Assembly: GCA_040954595.2 (NCBI GenBank)
Contig: CM082598.2
Coordinates: 1,798,001 to 1,862,000, forward strand
DNA: 64,000 bases
Direction of reading: 5' to 3'
From: Balanoglossus misakiensis
Taxonomy: Eukaryota; Animalia; Hemichordata
In this document: positions 10,993-20,601 of the stretch, one piece after another
Numbering within the stretch: position 1 is the stretch's first letter
Layout: each line of letters starts with the position of its first letter
Translations under genes and position numbers: made by a program
The notes under the pieces: generated by a model
The model's input: the letters and a program-made list of their open reading frames with translations, nothing else
The model's database searches: none
Told to the model about the DNA's origin: nothing

Positions 10993-13900
10993 GTAATGAT
11001 AGATACCCCTGGTGTTAGATTATGTAGTGTTGCCATAGTAATGAGCTAGGGGCGTAAATATTCTAAATTGACTGGAGAAATAGGAAGTATTTTAGGGGAT
11101 TTGAAATAGGCTTGTATATAAAAGGCATCATTTTGTGATGTAAATGTTGTGATAAAAAAATCACTTGGTATTATTTGTGTACAGGATGTAACACTGAGTG
11201 AATTGCTAGAAGAAGATGATGTCTTACAAGAATGTAAAGCACAGAATAGAAAACTCATTGAGTTGTAAGTATCTCTTACTTTGTCAATTCAATCAGACCA
11301 CGGTAGAAAAACATGGAAAACTTGAGTGCAATTTTTGTTGGGCAAAAATCACTTAGATATTAGCCATGCTCATGTAGCTTTATTTTTTGCTTGAATGATA
11401 TAGCCTGGTCCAACCAGAGGTTATGGAAGAGATGGTTAACATGGTGATAAATGAACCACCGGATGAGGTGGAAGAAAAACTTCGCTACAAACATCCAAAC
11501 ACAGCATGTGAATTGTTGACTGCGGATGTCGCTGCCATTAATGACAAGTTAGGAGAGAGTGAGGTAGGTAGTTTTTAGTTGTGGTCTATTGAGATGCTAT
11601 TTCAGGTGGTAGTAACTGTGATTGGCTTTGAATAATTGTTACTGATGAAAGCACTTTTTGATCCAGAATGCATGTCTGGTAGATATGAATTATGTATCCT
11701 TACTCTAAAAACTTCACACCACCTTTTCTTGCAGGTTTTACTCAACAGACTGTGGGGTTTTCTGGAATCAGAGGACCCTCTCAATCCCCTCCTAGCTAGC
11801 TTCTTCAGCAAATGTATGGCAATGTTACTCAGTCGGAAGACGGAAAGTATTGTAGAATTTATCAAAGCGAAGGATGATCCTGTGGGGTTGCTAGTCAGTC
11901 ACATTGGAACCTCGGCTATCATGGATCTGATTCTAAGGCTAGCTTCCTGTGCCGAGACTGCCCAGCTCAGACAAGACATTGCATTTGTAAGTATTTTCAT
12001 GCTTTTTGAGGGCCCATAGAATCTTTTAATGTTGTAGATTGTTTTACCTAATCATCGAAAGTAAATCACAGATCGATGAGATTAATTTTGCAACTGCATT
12101 GACAACTACCACCAAGATGTAGTTTGTTGAATAATTTTTTTACTTCTGTCTGTAGACAGTAGAGTGTGAAAAAGCATTGATCGCTTACATTTTGCTATCA
12201 ACTGTTCTCTTTTCAGTGGCTGAATGATCAGAGGCTTATACAAAGGCTAATAGAAGTGATCGATCCAACGCAGGATGAACATAAACATAGCAACGCTTCT
12301 CTAACAGTGTGCGAGTTGATACGACTTGGTCGCGAACAAATGTCACAGTTCCAGGAGACCGCAGATGAAGATCCTCTATTGGCCACCATGGAACTGTAAG
12401 CAAAATATCTTTTGTGCCAGTTGCAACAAAAATTGCCAAAATCGTATGATCGTACAGTTTCCTCCTGGATATTTTACACTCTGAGATTTCCGACTCAATC
12501 ATAAATGATTTTCTCATTGAAGTGCGTTATATTTTGGGGAAACCACTTACTTGATGTTTGTGTGTGCGATTTCCAGACAAGAGACGGTAGGCGTGTTAAT
12601 GAATCACATGCTTCACGAAGAGAAGTCAGAATCTGCCTTGGCCAACGGAGTGGCTATTCTCTTAGCTCTTACAGAATTCAAGAAATGTGGGTAAGTGTTG
12701 GGGTCACCCCTTTTTGTTGATTCAGAAAGACTGCTCAGTAACGAAGTCTGCACACAGATGCCAAAATGTGACCAGTATTCAGTTGTGGAAGTTTAAAGCT
12801 CCATTAGCTGTATCTATTCACTACGATTTCAGTGCGAGTTGTAATAACAACTATCCTTTTATTTATTTTTGGATCCATTTTGTTGAAATTCCTGGAAGGG
12901 CTTATGACAGGAACTGGTGTTAGGGAAGTTGTTGGTGAATACGGATTCTTCAAATCACTAACACGGGTTGGTAAAAGGTGTACGAATAAAAAAAGGACCA
13001 ATTGATGTATGAATGGAGCCGACATGGCCCCTTGACTTACTCCTTGTTGTGACAGACAAGGTTATTTTTGGTATTGTAGAATGGATGGTCAAGAGCAGTT
13101 GACAGCGTTAGATGCCGAGAGATTAGCAAAGGGAGTCAGTAGTGCTTTACAAGGAGTGACTCCAAAAATCAAGGATTTGCATCAACTTTTTATCGATCCC
13201 CCTAAGGTAAGCAACCATTACAGAAGTTGATTATATTGTATGTATATTATGAGGTTATCACGAAAATACCGTAAAGTATGCACGAGGACATTAGCGCTGA
13301 GTATCGCCCGACGCGTAGCGGAGGGCGATGCGCTGCGCTAATGTCCGAGTGCATACTTTGCGGTATTTTCGTAATAACCTTATTATTATACATCTTACAT
13401 CTCCGATAGTTCTTGTTTTGCATGTTACTTGGCTTTCAAAACGCCCAAAATGCCGATACAATCGATCGAAAACCGCTCAGTGAGCAGCCATCTTTCTTTT
13501 TTGTTTACGTACGTGCGCGTGCGTTGGAGTGGGGGTGTCTTGAAACCGTCCGCATAACAACGCATACCTGTACACGGTGAGTTGGGGCGCCTTGAAACCT
13601 AAAACTTATTTAACGCGCGTTTCGTACGTACCGTTCAGTAAGGCTTTTTATTGCACGCCAAAATCTATTGTTCTCGGCACTAGATGTATAATAATAGTCA
13701 ATACTGCATGAGATATTCCTGAGGAGAACATTGATAACTTGATTCGTAAATCCTAATCACTGTCTCTTTTTTTTTCGCAGCAACGTGCAATGCCATGTAC
13801 TGTAGGTCTTCTAGATCCTCCGCTAGGAAACACGAGGTTACAATTATCCAGGCTGGTGGCAGCGTTACTCCTGACCAACACACATACGGTCAATAGCGAA

Positions 13901-16900
13901 CTCTGTCGGTTAGGAACTCTTAAAACATTATTGGTAAGTTGCCAGGTTTTTCTGCGTACTCTTTCTTGTTCTGTGCATGCTCGAAATGTTTTTGTAGAAT
14001 TATAGGCAAAGGAATTGAACACAGGTTAATAAAAAATCTGATGTGTGTATCTGGTACAAAGCTGAGGTAGAAACTGTCAACAGAGTGTGAGAGACCGATA
14101 ACGACTAATGATTTTGCAACCAGATACAAGTAGGCTGTTGATTCACACACAAACTAAATCCCCTTGACAAAAGTTCAAATTCTCTCTCTCTCTCTTGTAG
14201 GACTTGTTCTTCCAGTATTCATGGAATAATTTTCTACACACTCAAGTGGAACAGTGTATCAACATAGTACTCACAAACACACCAACGGAAGCTGAAGACG
14301 GTAAACAACAACATCCAATGTTAGTCCATGTAAGTAAACAACAACAAAGCCAGTGCAGCTTGTGGGTGTGTTTGACCACCACTGTCTGAGCACAGCATTC
14401 TGATGATTGAGTAGCTATTTCTGTTAGGTCAACATCACAATAATCATTCTTGATGTTCGCGTAAAACTGTGTGATAAAAACATCCTTGAGTTGTTGATGG
14501 CTTGGCTATGCACTAAGCATCATCAAAACATGTCCATTTGACAGCTGTTCAAATTGTTGAGACCACAATCAGAAAGCAGCGATTCAACCCACAGTCGTCT
14601 ACTTCTGTGTGTGTAGGTTTTGTGAGGATTTTGACATGTAAGGGCAGCTGCAAATATTTGTAGAAACGAGAGAACCACACTGAAGTTGTAAAAAGCCAAC
14701 TAAAAATGTGACATTTATCTTGTGTGTACATTATCTGAGGTATTTAAAATATAAAGTTTTCTAACAGGCACTAAATGTTCCCAGCAAAAATGTGTGTGTA
14801 TTCGTCTGTGTTGTCTTCACATTTAATGAGACAAATTTCTCTCTTTTTATCCTACAGCTGTTTTCTGAATGTACAATAATTCAAAGGATATTAGATAGTT
14901 GGGAAGAGAATGATCAGCTTCAAGCACAGAGTCCTGGGAAAAGAAAGGGCTTTATGGGCCATTTAACCAAGATGGCCAATGATATCATATTCGCCATGGA
15001 CAAAGGTTGCAATAGTGATTTGACTAAACAGCAGTTCCAAGGTGAGTTTGCACTGGAGGAAACAAGATGGTGGGTGTGTGAACAAACTGACACTGGAGGA
15101 AACAACATGGTGGACGTGTGAACAAACTGACACTGGAGGAAATAACATGGTGGATGTGTTGACAAACAAATGGGAAAGTGATATTTAACATCCTGATTTT
15201 GACAGTCAGTTGATCTGATATCCATTTGTGTCTCTTCCAGAATTTGTATCGGAAGAATACAGGGAAAAGTGGGACAATTTTGTCTCAGGATCTTTAGCTG
15301 ATACAAACAAGAAAAATACAGTAGACTTGGTAAGACTTACAAGGTGTCTTCTACAATACAGTCAGATGCTAATTTTCAATCGTGCCAATCACATGAGATG
15401 GCAAAGGAAGATTGATGAAATACTATTTCAGTTTATTCCGAAAAGAATTTTTTTGTTATGGTAATTTTGGGCTTCTTGTTGAACGACATTGTGAATCTGT
15501 TCGTAGGTTGGTGGTCATCCACTGCATTCCTCCAGTGAGGACGACGATGCTGATTTCCGAGACATTCCCTTTCCACAAGATGCAGCAATGCAGCAGGTCA
15601 GTATCTATGTGTTCATTCCCACATCTCACGATACCACAGAAAGCCATGTTCATAATTTTGAAATCACGGCAATAAAAATTCATATATGAAATACACCGCA
15701 CTCCCATTTCTTAAATATCAAAATTTCAACGTATTTGGATGATATATTTCATGTCAATTGATATAATTTACTAATTGATTTTCATTGATGTGGTGTGTCG
15801 TACAGCTGCGTGTTCGTTGCTTTCATTTCCACAAATGCGTTCTTTTCCATTTTGATGAAGACAAGTTGACTGGAAACAAAGCTTGTGTTAGGATGATTTA
15901 CATTTTACCGATAGATTCACATTGATTCATTGATGCTCAGAAATCATTCACTTCTTGTGCCAAATCCACAAAGAGCTTACTGCTGTAGTCCAGTCAATAT
16001 GTCACTTTGTCTGAGTATATCACTTCTCATCCATCCGCACAACTATCTGCCTCAGTGTCACTTCTGCCTCAGCCAATCACAGTGCTGTATGTCTGAGTGT
16101 CACTTCTGCCTCAGCCAATCACAGTGCTGTATGTCTCAGTGTCACTTCTGCCTCAGCCAATCACAGTGCTGTATGTCTCAGTGTTACTTCGCCTCAGCCA
16201 ATCACATTGTTGTATGCCGCCACAGCCCTTGTGCATTCTGGATGTAGTCAATAGTGGCTGTAGTGCATGTATTTGTACTGTAGCCTATTCTTAGTGAGTC
16301 AATGTATGTTTTTGGTCTGATACCTATTGTCAGGCCTTTTCTGATTATCAGATGCAACAAATGACGTCCAATTTTATTGACCAGTTTGGATTCAACGACG
16401 AAGACTTTGGGGACCAGGATGACAACGTTAAGTGAGTACCGCTCTTAAATTCTGCCATTTGTCATCTGTTATTAGATCACTAACTTAACTAATTTAACAG
16501 ATTCTTGTGTCTGATTGCAGTGTTAAATGCAGTGATGCGATTTGCTAAACCACGCCTGGCTTAATTGGCTTGTATATTAACTGCACACTGAAAATTCACT
16601 TGAAATTTCCAGTTTCCCATTGATTTAAATGCGCTTGCAATGATTACAATGCTACTACAAAGCTGTGTTTAAAAAACAACTGCTTAGCAATTTTACAGAG
16701 TAGAACAAGAAACCTCAGTTAAGTGGATATCAAAAGCAAAAATACTGAAAAAAATTGCTGTGTTACTGTAGCTTTAATACTACATTTTAAAAAAAAATAA
16801 TTACTATGGTCTTTGTTGAGATAATTCTATTGAAGTGCAGTGATTTGTCTTTGTGTGTTTGTAAAATTAAGTGTTTTCTCTTACAGTGCACCATTTGACC

Positions 16901-19900
16901 GTATCTCTGACATAAACTTCTCAATATCAGCAAACGAAGACAATGTAAGTATTTTCGCTTATTTCTGTTTGTCATCTCTCGTCCTTTTTCTACTACCAAC
17001 TACCAAACCACAAAATAAACTTAAACATGAATGAGGTCTGGAGAAGGAAGCTGACTCATAGAGAGACAGTTATTAATCGCTGGTTCTTATCTCTTGTATT
17101 TCAGCCAAACTCTGCTTTGTTTGAAGCTTGCTGCAATGAGAGAATACAACAATTCAATGACAGTGGAAGTGATGAAGATGATATCTGGGAAGAAAAGGAA
17201 CTCACATTTTCACCTGTCCAAAGTTCAAGAAAAAGGTACGGACTCTTGCAAACTGGCCATTTTATTCTGTCTGTTGGGAAATTATTTTAAGTGTATTAAC
17301 CTCATGGTTGTGAGAGACCTAGTGTATGTGTAGACACAAGGCATCTACAGGGTTGATGTGACCACACATGTGCGTTTCCATTGCAGTGAAATATCACCAG
17401 ATGCTCCCCCCGGAGAAGATGATGACCCCCACTGTCACAGTGACCATAGCGACAACAGCACAGACAGCGATGAGGATGATCATGGTGCCTTCGACAACAA
17501 CTCTCCGCCGTCTCTGGGACTCGTCTCGCCCGGAACTCCGAGGGCAGTCACCACGACGGTCGCTACGACCTCGACCACCACCACCACGGCACCTGCAGCG
17601 ACAGTGGATGATATGAAGATGGATGTAGATTCGTCAGATGGTAAGTTAGCCATCTTTGATTTCTGAAAGATTTCTTCAGTCAATTTTGAGAATTTCTAGA
17701 AATTTCTTTGCATTAGCCCAGTAGTCTTACATGTAATGGTGGATGGTTTCTTGTCATCAGTGAATTTCTTAAGCAGTGATGTATCAATTTTTGGCTTAAT
17801 TTTAAGTTTCATGTGATGGTCATGTTATTCAGTGTAGAGTCTACTGTCATGTGATGGTCATGTGATTCAGTGTAGGGTCAACTGTCATGTGATGGTCATG
17901 TGATATAGTGTAAGTTCTACTGTTGAGAGACTTGAGATATAAGGGGTTTGAAACAAAAAAGTTTTGATAGATTTGGTATTACTACATTAGACAGACGTCA
18001 CATGTAAGTATTATTTCTATCCTCCAGCATGGGCCAATTTTAATACAGTCGAAACGACGGTTGCTATGGACACAACGCCTTCAGGATGGGAGAGTCCAAG
18101 TAGTTCTTCAAATCAAGATGGTGGATGGGCCAATTTTGCAGAATTTAATGCCTTTGATAAAAATAGGTAAATAAGACGACAAGCATAGACTGCTATCTCA
18201 ATTTTCCAAATCTAAAGATTTGCATTCATCAAATTTAATCATTAGTTCATTAACAACTGCCATGATTTTGAAGCATTGCAAACCTCTATGCGATAAAGAT
18301 TCCCAACAGTAAACAGATCAGATTATGTTCCCAGATATGTGCAGTTGCCTCCAGTGAAATCAGGCATCTGTCATCAACGTCTGTTCAAAAATTACCATTC
18401 TTACAATCATATTATTTTGTGAGACCGTCCCAGCTCATTCCAGGGTTTGTATAATCTGCTATATTACATTGGAATCCATGGTCTTGTCTTGTGTATTGTT
18501 TTATTTATAATTGTTTGTATTTTGGTTGTATTGCAGTCCCGGACAGCCTCGTTGTAATTCGCCTGTGGAGATGGAGAGCGAGCCTTCAGATGCAGCCATG
18601 GCAGATAGTAGCAGCAGCAGTAGTAGTAGTGCACAGCAAAAATATAGTGAGTATTTGGTGTTTTAATCTGGTGGATTTTATCAATCAGTGAAAATAGTTT
18701 TACAGACATGTCAGTGGTTTAGTTCAACCAAAAAAAAAGTGAAAAATCAGTCTTGGGTTCTTCAGAAAGTTGCCACTATAGACAAGTTTCCAATACGTAG
18801 AGTCAGCCACTAATGTAGGTTTGAATGTATTTATAAATGTGATTATATTTGTGGACTGCATTGTTCCAAACGAGATTGATTTATTTTTGTTCTTTTTCTT
18901 TGCAGTGGTGAGCACAGCTCCACCAATTATCCTACGAAGTGCCGAAGAGAGTCCGGTGAAAAGCGACGAAATTCAGGCAACAGTCACCACAACAATGATA
19001 GTAGAGAGGTGAGTTTGTGTGGTCGTGTTTGCCGAATATCTCTTTCGTCTGTGAGACAGGGAACTATTAGTGATATCTGTGTATGTAGACATCAGGACAT
19101 TCTGTGTTCCGGAAAACAACAAAGGCATTTGCACAAAAGCAAGAAATCTAAAATAGATAACAAGATTTCAGCTGAAATTTACTCATTTTGTGCATTTTAG
19201 CTCAAAAATGGAAGAAGACACAACCATAGCAGAAGAAGCCCCACCCACAAGCCAGGTCTCGTCCAGTGCAACCCCGCCACAAGAGGCCGACATATCACAG
19301 GAAAGCAAACCAAACACCGATGCTACAGACGATACAGTCTCAAGCCCGGCCGACTCAAGCACCAGTGTTAGTGCAGAAAACTTAGAAACCAAAAGTGCAG
19401 GGACAGCCGAAGCCAAAGCAACATCAGAAACGAGCAAACTTACAAATACGGAATCGGCAGGTGAAACGAAAACACAGATCACTATTGAGGATGTCGGTTC
19501 CCACGGCGACAAGGCGGAGCCTGAGGAGGGTGAAGGTGACCTTGACGATAACTTTGAGTGAGTTCTTGGTGTCATCATAAAGAAACATGAGTTTCGTATA
19601 TTGGCATGGTTTTCTGAGTGCGCTGTTGTGAGTTGGTATCGTAGCATATTCGCCGTACATCGTATATATTTTTGTTTTTTCGCCCTGCATGCTAAATGTT
19701 CCTATCCCCTTGCTATTGATGAGTGTATATTTCCATTTTGATTGCATGCCTTGTAACATATTTTCTTTGTTTTTCTTCTTTTTTTTCTTCATTTCTGTCT
19801 GCGCATTTTGTTATGTTGTTGTCTATAATAATTGTCGTTCATGGTGTACTCTTTCTCACTAACTGGGATTTTCGTTTATCGTTATTCCTGTTGTCTGTAA

Positions 19901-20601
19901 TTCTCGTCCATGTCTGTGTACTCTTTCTCAAAATCTGTCTCTTTTTTCCGGGATCTACTTTGTTTCTTCTTTGTGCCTTTCCTGTTTGGCTTTGTGGGGG
20001 TCAATTTTTGTGCATGTGGTGGTTGTTTTTTTGTCTTTATAAAGTTTCCTCTCCTCTAGTGGTCTTATGAAATTCGGTTCTCCTCACAGTAGTCCATCTA
20101 GTCCGGCAGCTCCCAAATCTCCCAACGGACCCACGGAGGGAAACACAAGCAACAAGGAAAGCGGAAGCAACAACGAACCAAGTAACATGACACCGGCGGA
20201 AAAGGCAAGACTCGAGAAAGCAAGGTAACTTTGACTCCTTTTTACCACTGTGGTTTAGTCCAAATTTATTGTTTTCTGTGGTAAAGCTGGACCTGTAAAA
20301 GGAAAAGAGGGAAGGGATGATTTGGAAGAAGTATCATGGAGGATGGGTCGTATTATACTGTTTGTGTGAAAAGGCTACAGAGCCAATCAAAAAGGGTGAC
20401 TCATGATCAGATGCCACTAACCATGAACACTGTACTGAAGACAGTTTGTGAAAGGATCTGTGATTGGCTATGGTGTCAATTGTAGGTTTGTCCAAACATC
20501 AGATTCATTGTATGTCATTGAATGTTTTTATTGACAGAGCTGAAGCAATAGAGGCCTTAGAGCAATGGAAAACAGCAACACAGCCGAACGGACCAGTATG
20601 A
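10933..20601 (+). CDS. PPP6R3: Serine/threonine-protein phosphatase 6 regulatory subunit (SAPS domain; PPP6R1/2/3 family), spliced CDS of ~1031 aa, 22 coding exons
   Basis: 22 GT-AG exons join in one frame (3096 nt using the 20060 acceptor). Hallmarks: [111 protein letters not shown] and C-terminal NGPV*. Confidence 0.95.
11185..11264 (+). CDS. PPP6R3: PPP6R coding exon 2
   Basis: [26 protein letters not shown]|GTAAGT. Confidence 0.93.
11404..11563 (+). CDS. PPP6R3: PPP6R coding exon 3
   Basis: [54 protein letters not shown]. Confidence 0.93.
11735..11986 (+). CDS. PPP6R3: PPP6R coding exon 4
   Basis: [26 protein letters not shown]...[14 protein letters not shown]...QDIAF. Confidence 0.94.
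12217..12395 (+). CDS. PPP6R3: PPP6R coding exon 5
   Basis: [42 protein letters not shown]...DPLLATME. Confidence 0.93.
12577..12690 (+). CDS. PPP6R3: PPP6R coding exon 6
   Basis: [37 protein letters not shown]|GTAAGT. Confidence 0.9.
13080..13206 (+). CDS. PPP6R3: PPP6R coding exon 7
   Basis: [42 protein letters not shown]|GTAAGC. Confidence 0.88.
13245..13696. mobile_element. Non-autonomous fold-back DNA element with two inverted-repeat pairs (possibly Crypton-like), in PPP6R intron 7
   Basis: 58-bp arms at 13252-13309 and 13323-13380 (about 7 mismatches) form a hairpin. A perfect 15-bp IR lies at 13381-13395 (tattattatacatct) and 13682-13696 (agatgtataataata). The element is CpG-rich within a CpG-poor intron. 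Confidence 0.7.
13781..13933 (+). CDS. PPP6R3: PPP6R coding exon 8
   Basis: [51 protein letters not shown]. Confidence 0.93.
14201..14329 (+). CDS. PPP6R3: PPP6R coding exon 9
   Basis: [24 protein letters not shown]...PMLVH. Confidence 0.93.
14858..15041 (+). CDS. PPP6R3: PPP6R coding exon 10
   Basis: [19 protein letters not shown]...[16 protein letters not shown]...QQFQ. Confidence 0.93.
15051..15165. repeat. 40-bp minisatellite, ~3 copies
   Basis: Unit cactggaggaaacaa(g/c)atggtgg(gt/ac)gtgtgaacaaactga starting at 15051, 15091 and 15131. Confidence 0.9.
15241..15329 (+). CDS. PPP6R3: PPP6R coding exon 11
   Basis: [30 protein letters not shown]. Confidence 0.92.
15507..15596 (+). CDS. PPP6R3: PPP6R coding exon 12
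   Basis: [30 protein letters not shown]. Confidence 0.9.
16051..16216. repeat. 42-bp minisatellite, 4 copies, each carrying AGCCAATCA
   Basis: Unit ctcagtgtcacttctgcctcagccaatcacagtgctgtatgt at 16051, 16093, 16135 and 16177. Confidence 0.92.
16334..16431 (+). CDS. PPP6R3: PPP6R coding exon 13
   Basis: [32 protein letters not shown]. Confidence 0.93.
16887..16944 (+). CDS. PPP6R3: PPP6R coding exon 14
   Basis: [20 protein letters not shown]. Confidence 0.9.
17105..17235 (+). CDS. PPP6R3: PPP6R coding exon 15
   Basis: [37 protein letters not shown]. Confidence 0.92.
17387..17640 (+). CDS. PPP6R3: PPP6R coding exon 16
   Basis: Acidic and Thr-rich segment (STDSDEDD...TTTTTT...MDVDSSD); GT-AG, in frame. 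Confidence 0.85.
17809..17922. repeat. 38-bp minisatellite, 3 copies
   Basis: Unit tcatgtgatggtcatgt(t/g)attcagtgtag(a/g)gtc(t/a)actg at 17809, 17847 and 17885. Confidence 0.88.
18028..18166 (+). CDS. PPP6R3: PPP6R coding exon 17
   Basis: [46 protein letters not shown]. Confidence 0.85.
18537..18646 (+). CDS. PPP6R3: PPP6R coding exon 18
   Basis: [37 protein letters not shown]; the NSPVEME motif resembles one in vertebrate PPP6R3. Confidence 0.82.
18906..19008 (+). CDS. PPP6R3: PPP6R coding exon 19
   Basis: Strong polypyrimidine acceptor, [33 protein letters not shown], donor AG|GTGAGT; phase-compatible. Confidence 0.72.
19201..19557 (+). CDS. PPP6R3: PPP6R coding exon 20 (symmetric phase 2-2, candidate cassette exon)
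   Basis: [15 protein letters not shown]...GEGDLDDNF, donor GA|GTGAGT; 357 nt. Confidence 0.75.
20060..20224 (+). CDS. PPP6R3: PPP6R coding exon 21 (acceptor choice uncertain)
   Basis: [24 protein letters not shown]...EKARLEKA|GTAACT; in-frame alternative acceptors give starts at 20045, 20060, 20090 and 20093. Confidence 0.75.
20237..20316 (-). mobile_element. Degraded inverted copy of the 85-bp TTAA MITE
   Basis: cctttttaccactgtggtttagtccaaatttattgttttctgtggtaaagctggacc is a reverse-complement homolog of 5391-5476. Confidence 0.6.
20538..20601 (+). CDS. PPP6R3: PPP6R last coding exon
   Basis: [21 protein letters not shown]; NGPV* matches the PPP6R3-type C-terminus. Confidence 0.85.

Noticed and set aside
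12895-12972. Exon-like purine-rich stretch in PPP6R intron 6
   Set aside because: The available acceptor gives a stop in the required phase and the splice sites are weak. Exons 6 and 7 already join in frame.
15051-16216. 40-42 bp repeats resembling a CRISPR array
   Set aside because: The units are contiguous with no unique spacers, no cas genes are present, and the context is a eukaryotic intron.
15930-16294. Cys-rich repetitive ORFs ([13 protein letters not shown])n
   Set aside because: These are translations of the 42-bp intronic minisatellite, with no splice or homology support.
19723-20070. 115-aa hydrophobic ORF resembling a membrane protein
   Set aside because: It is an artefact of the U-rich, AG-free intron tract.
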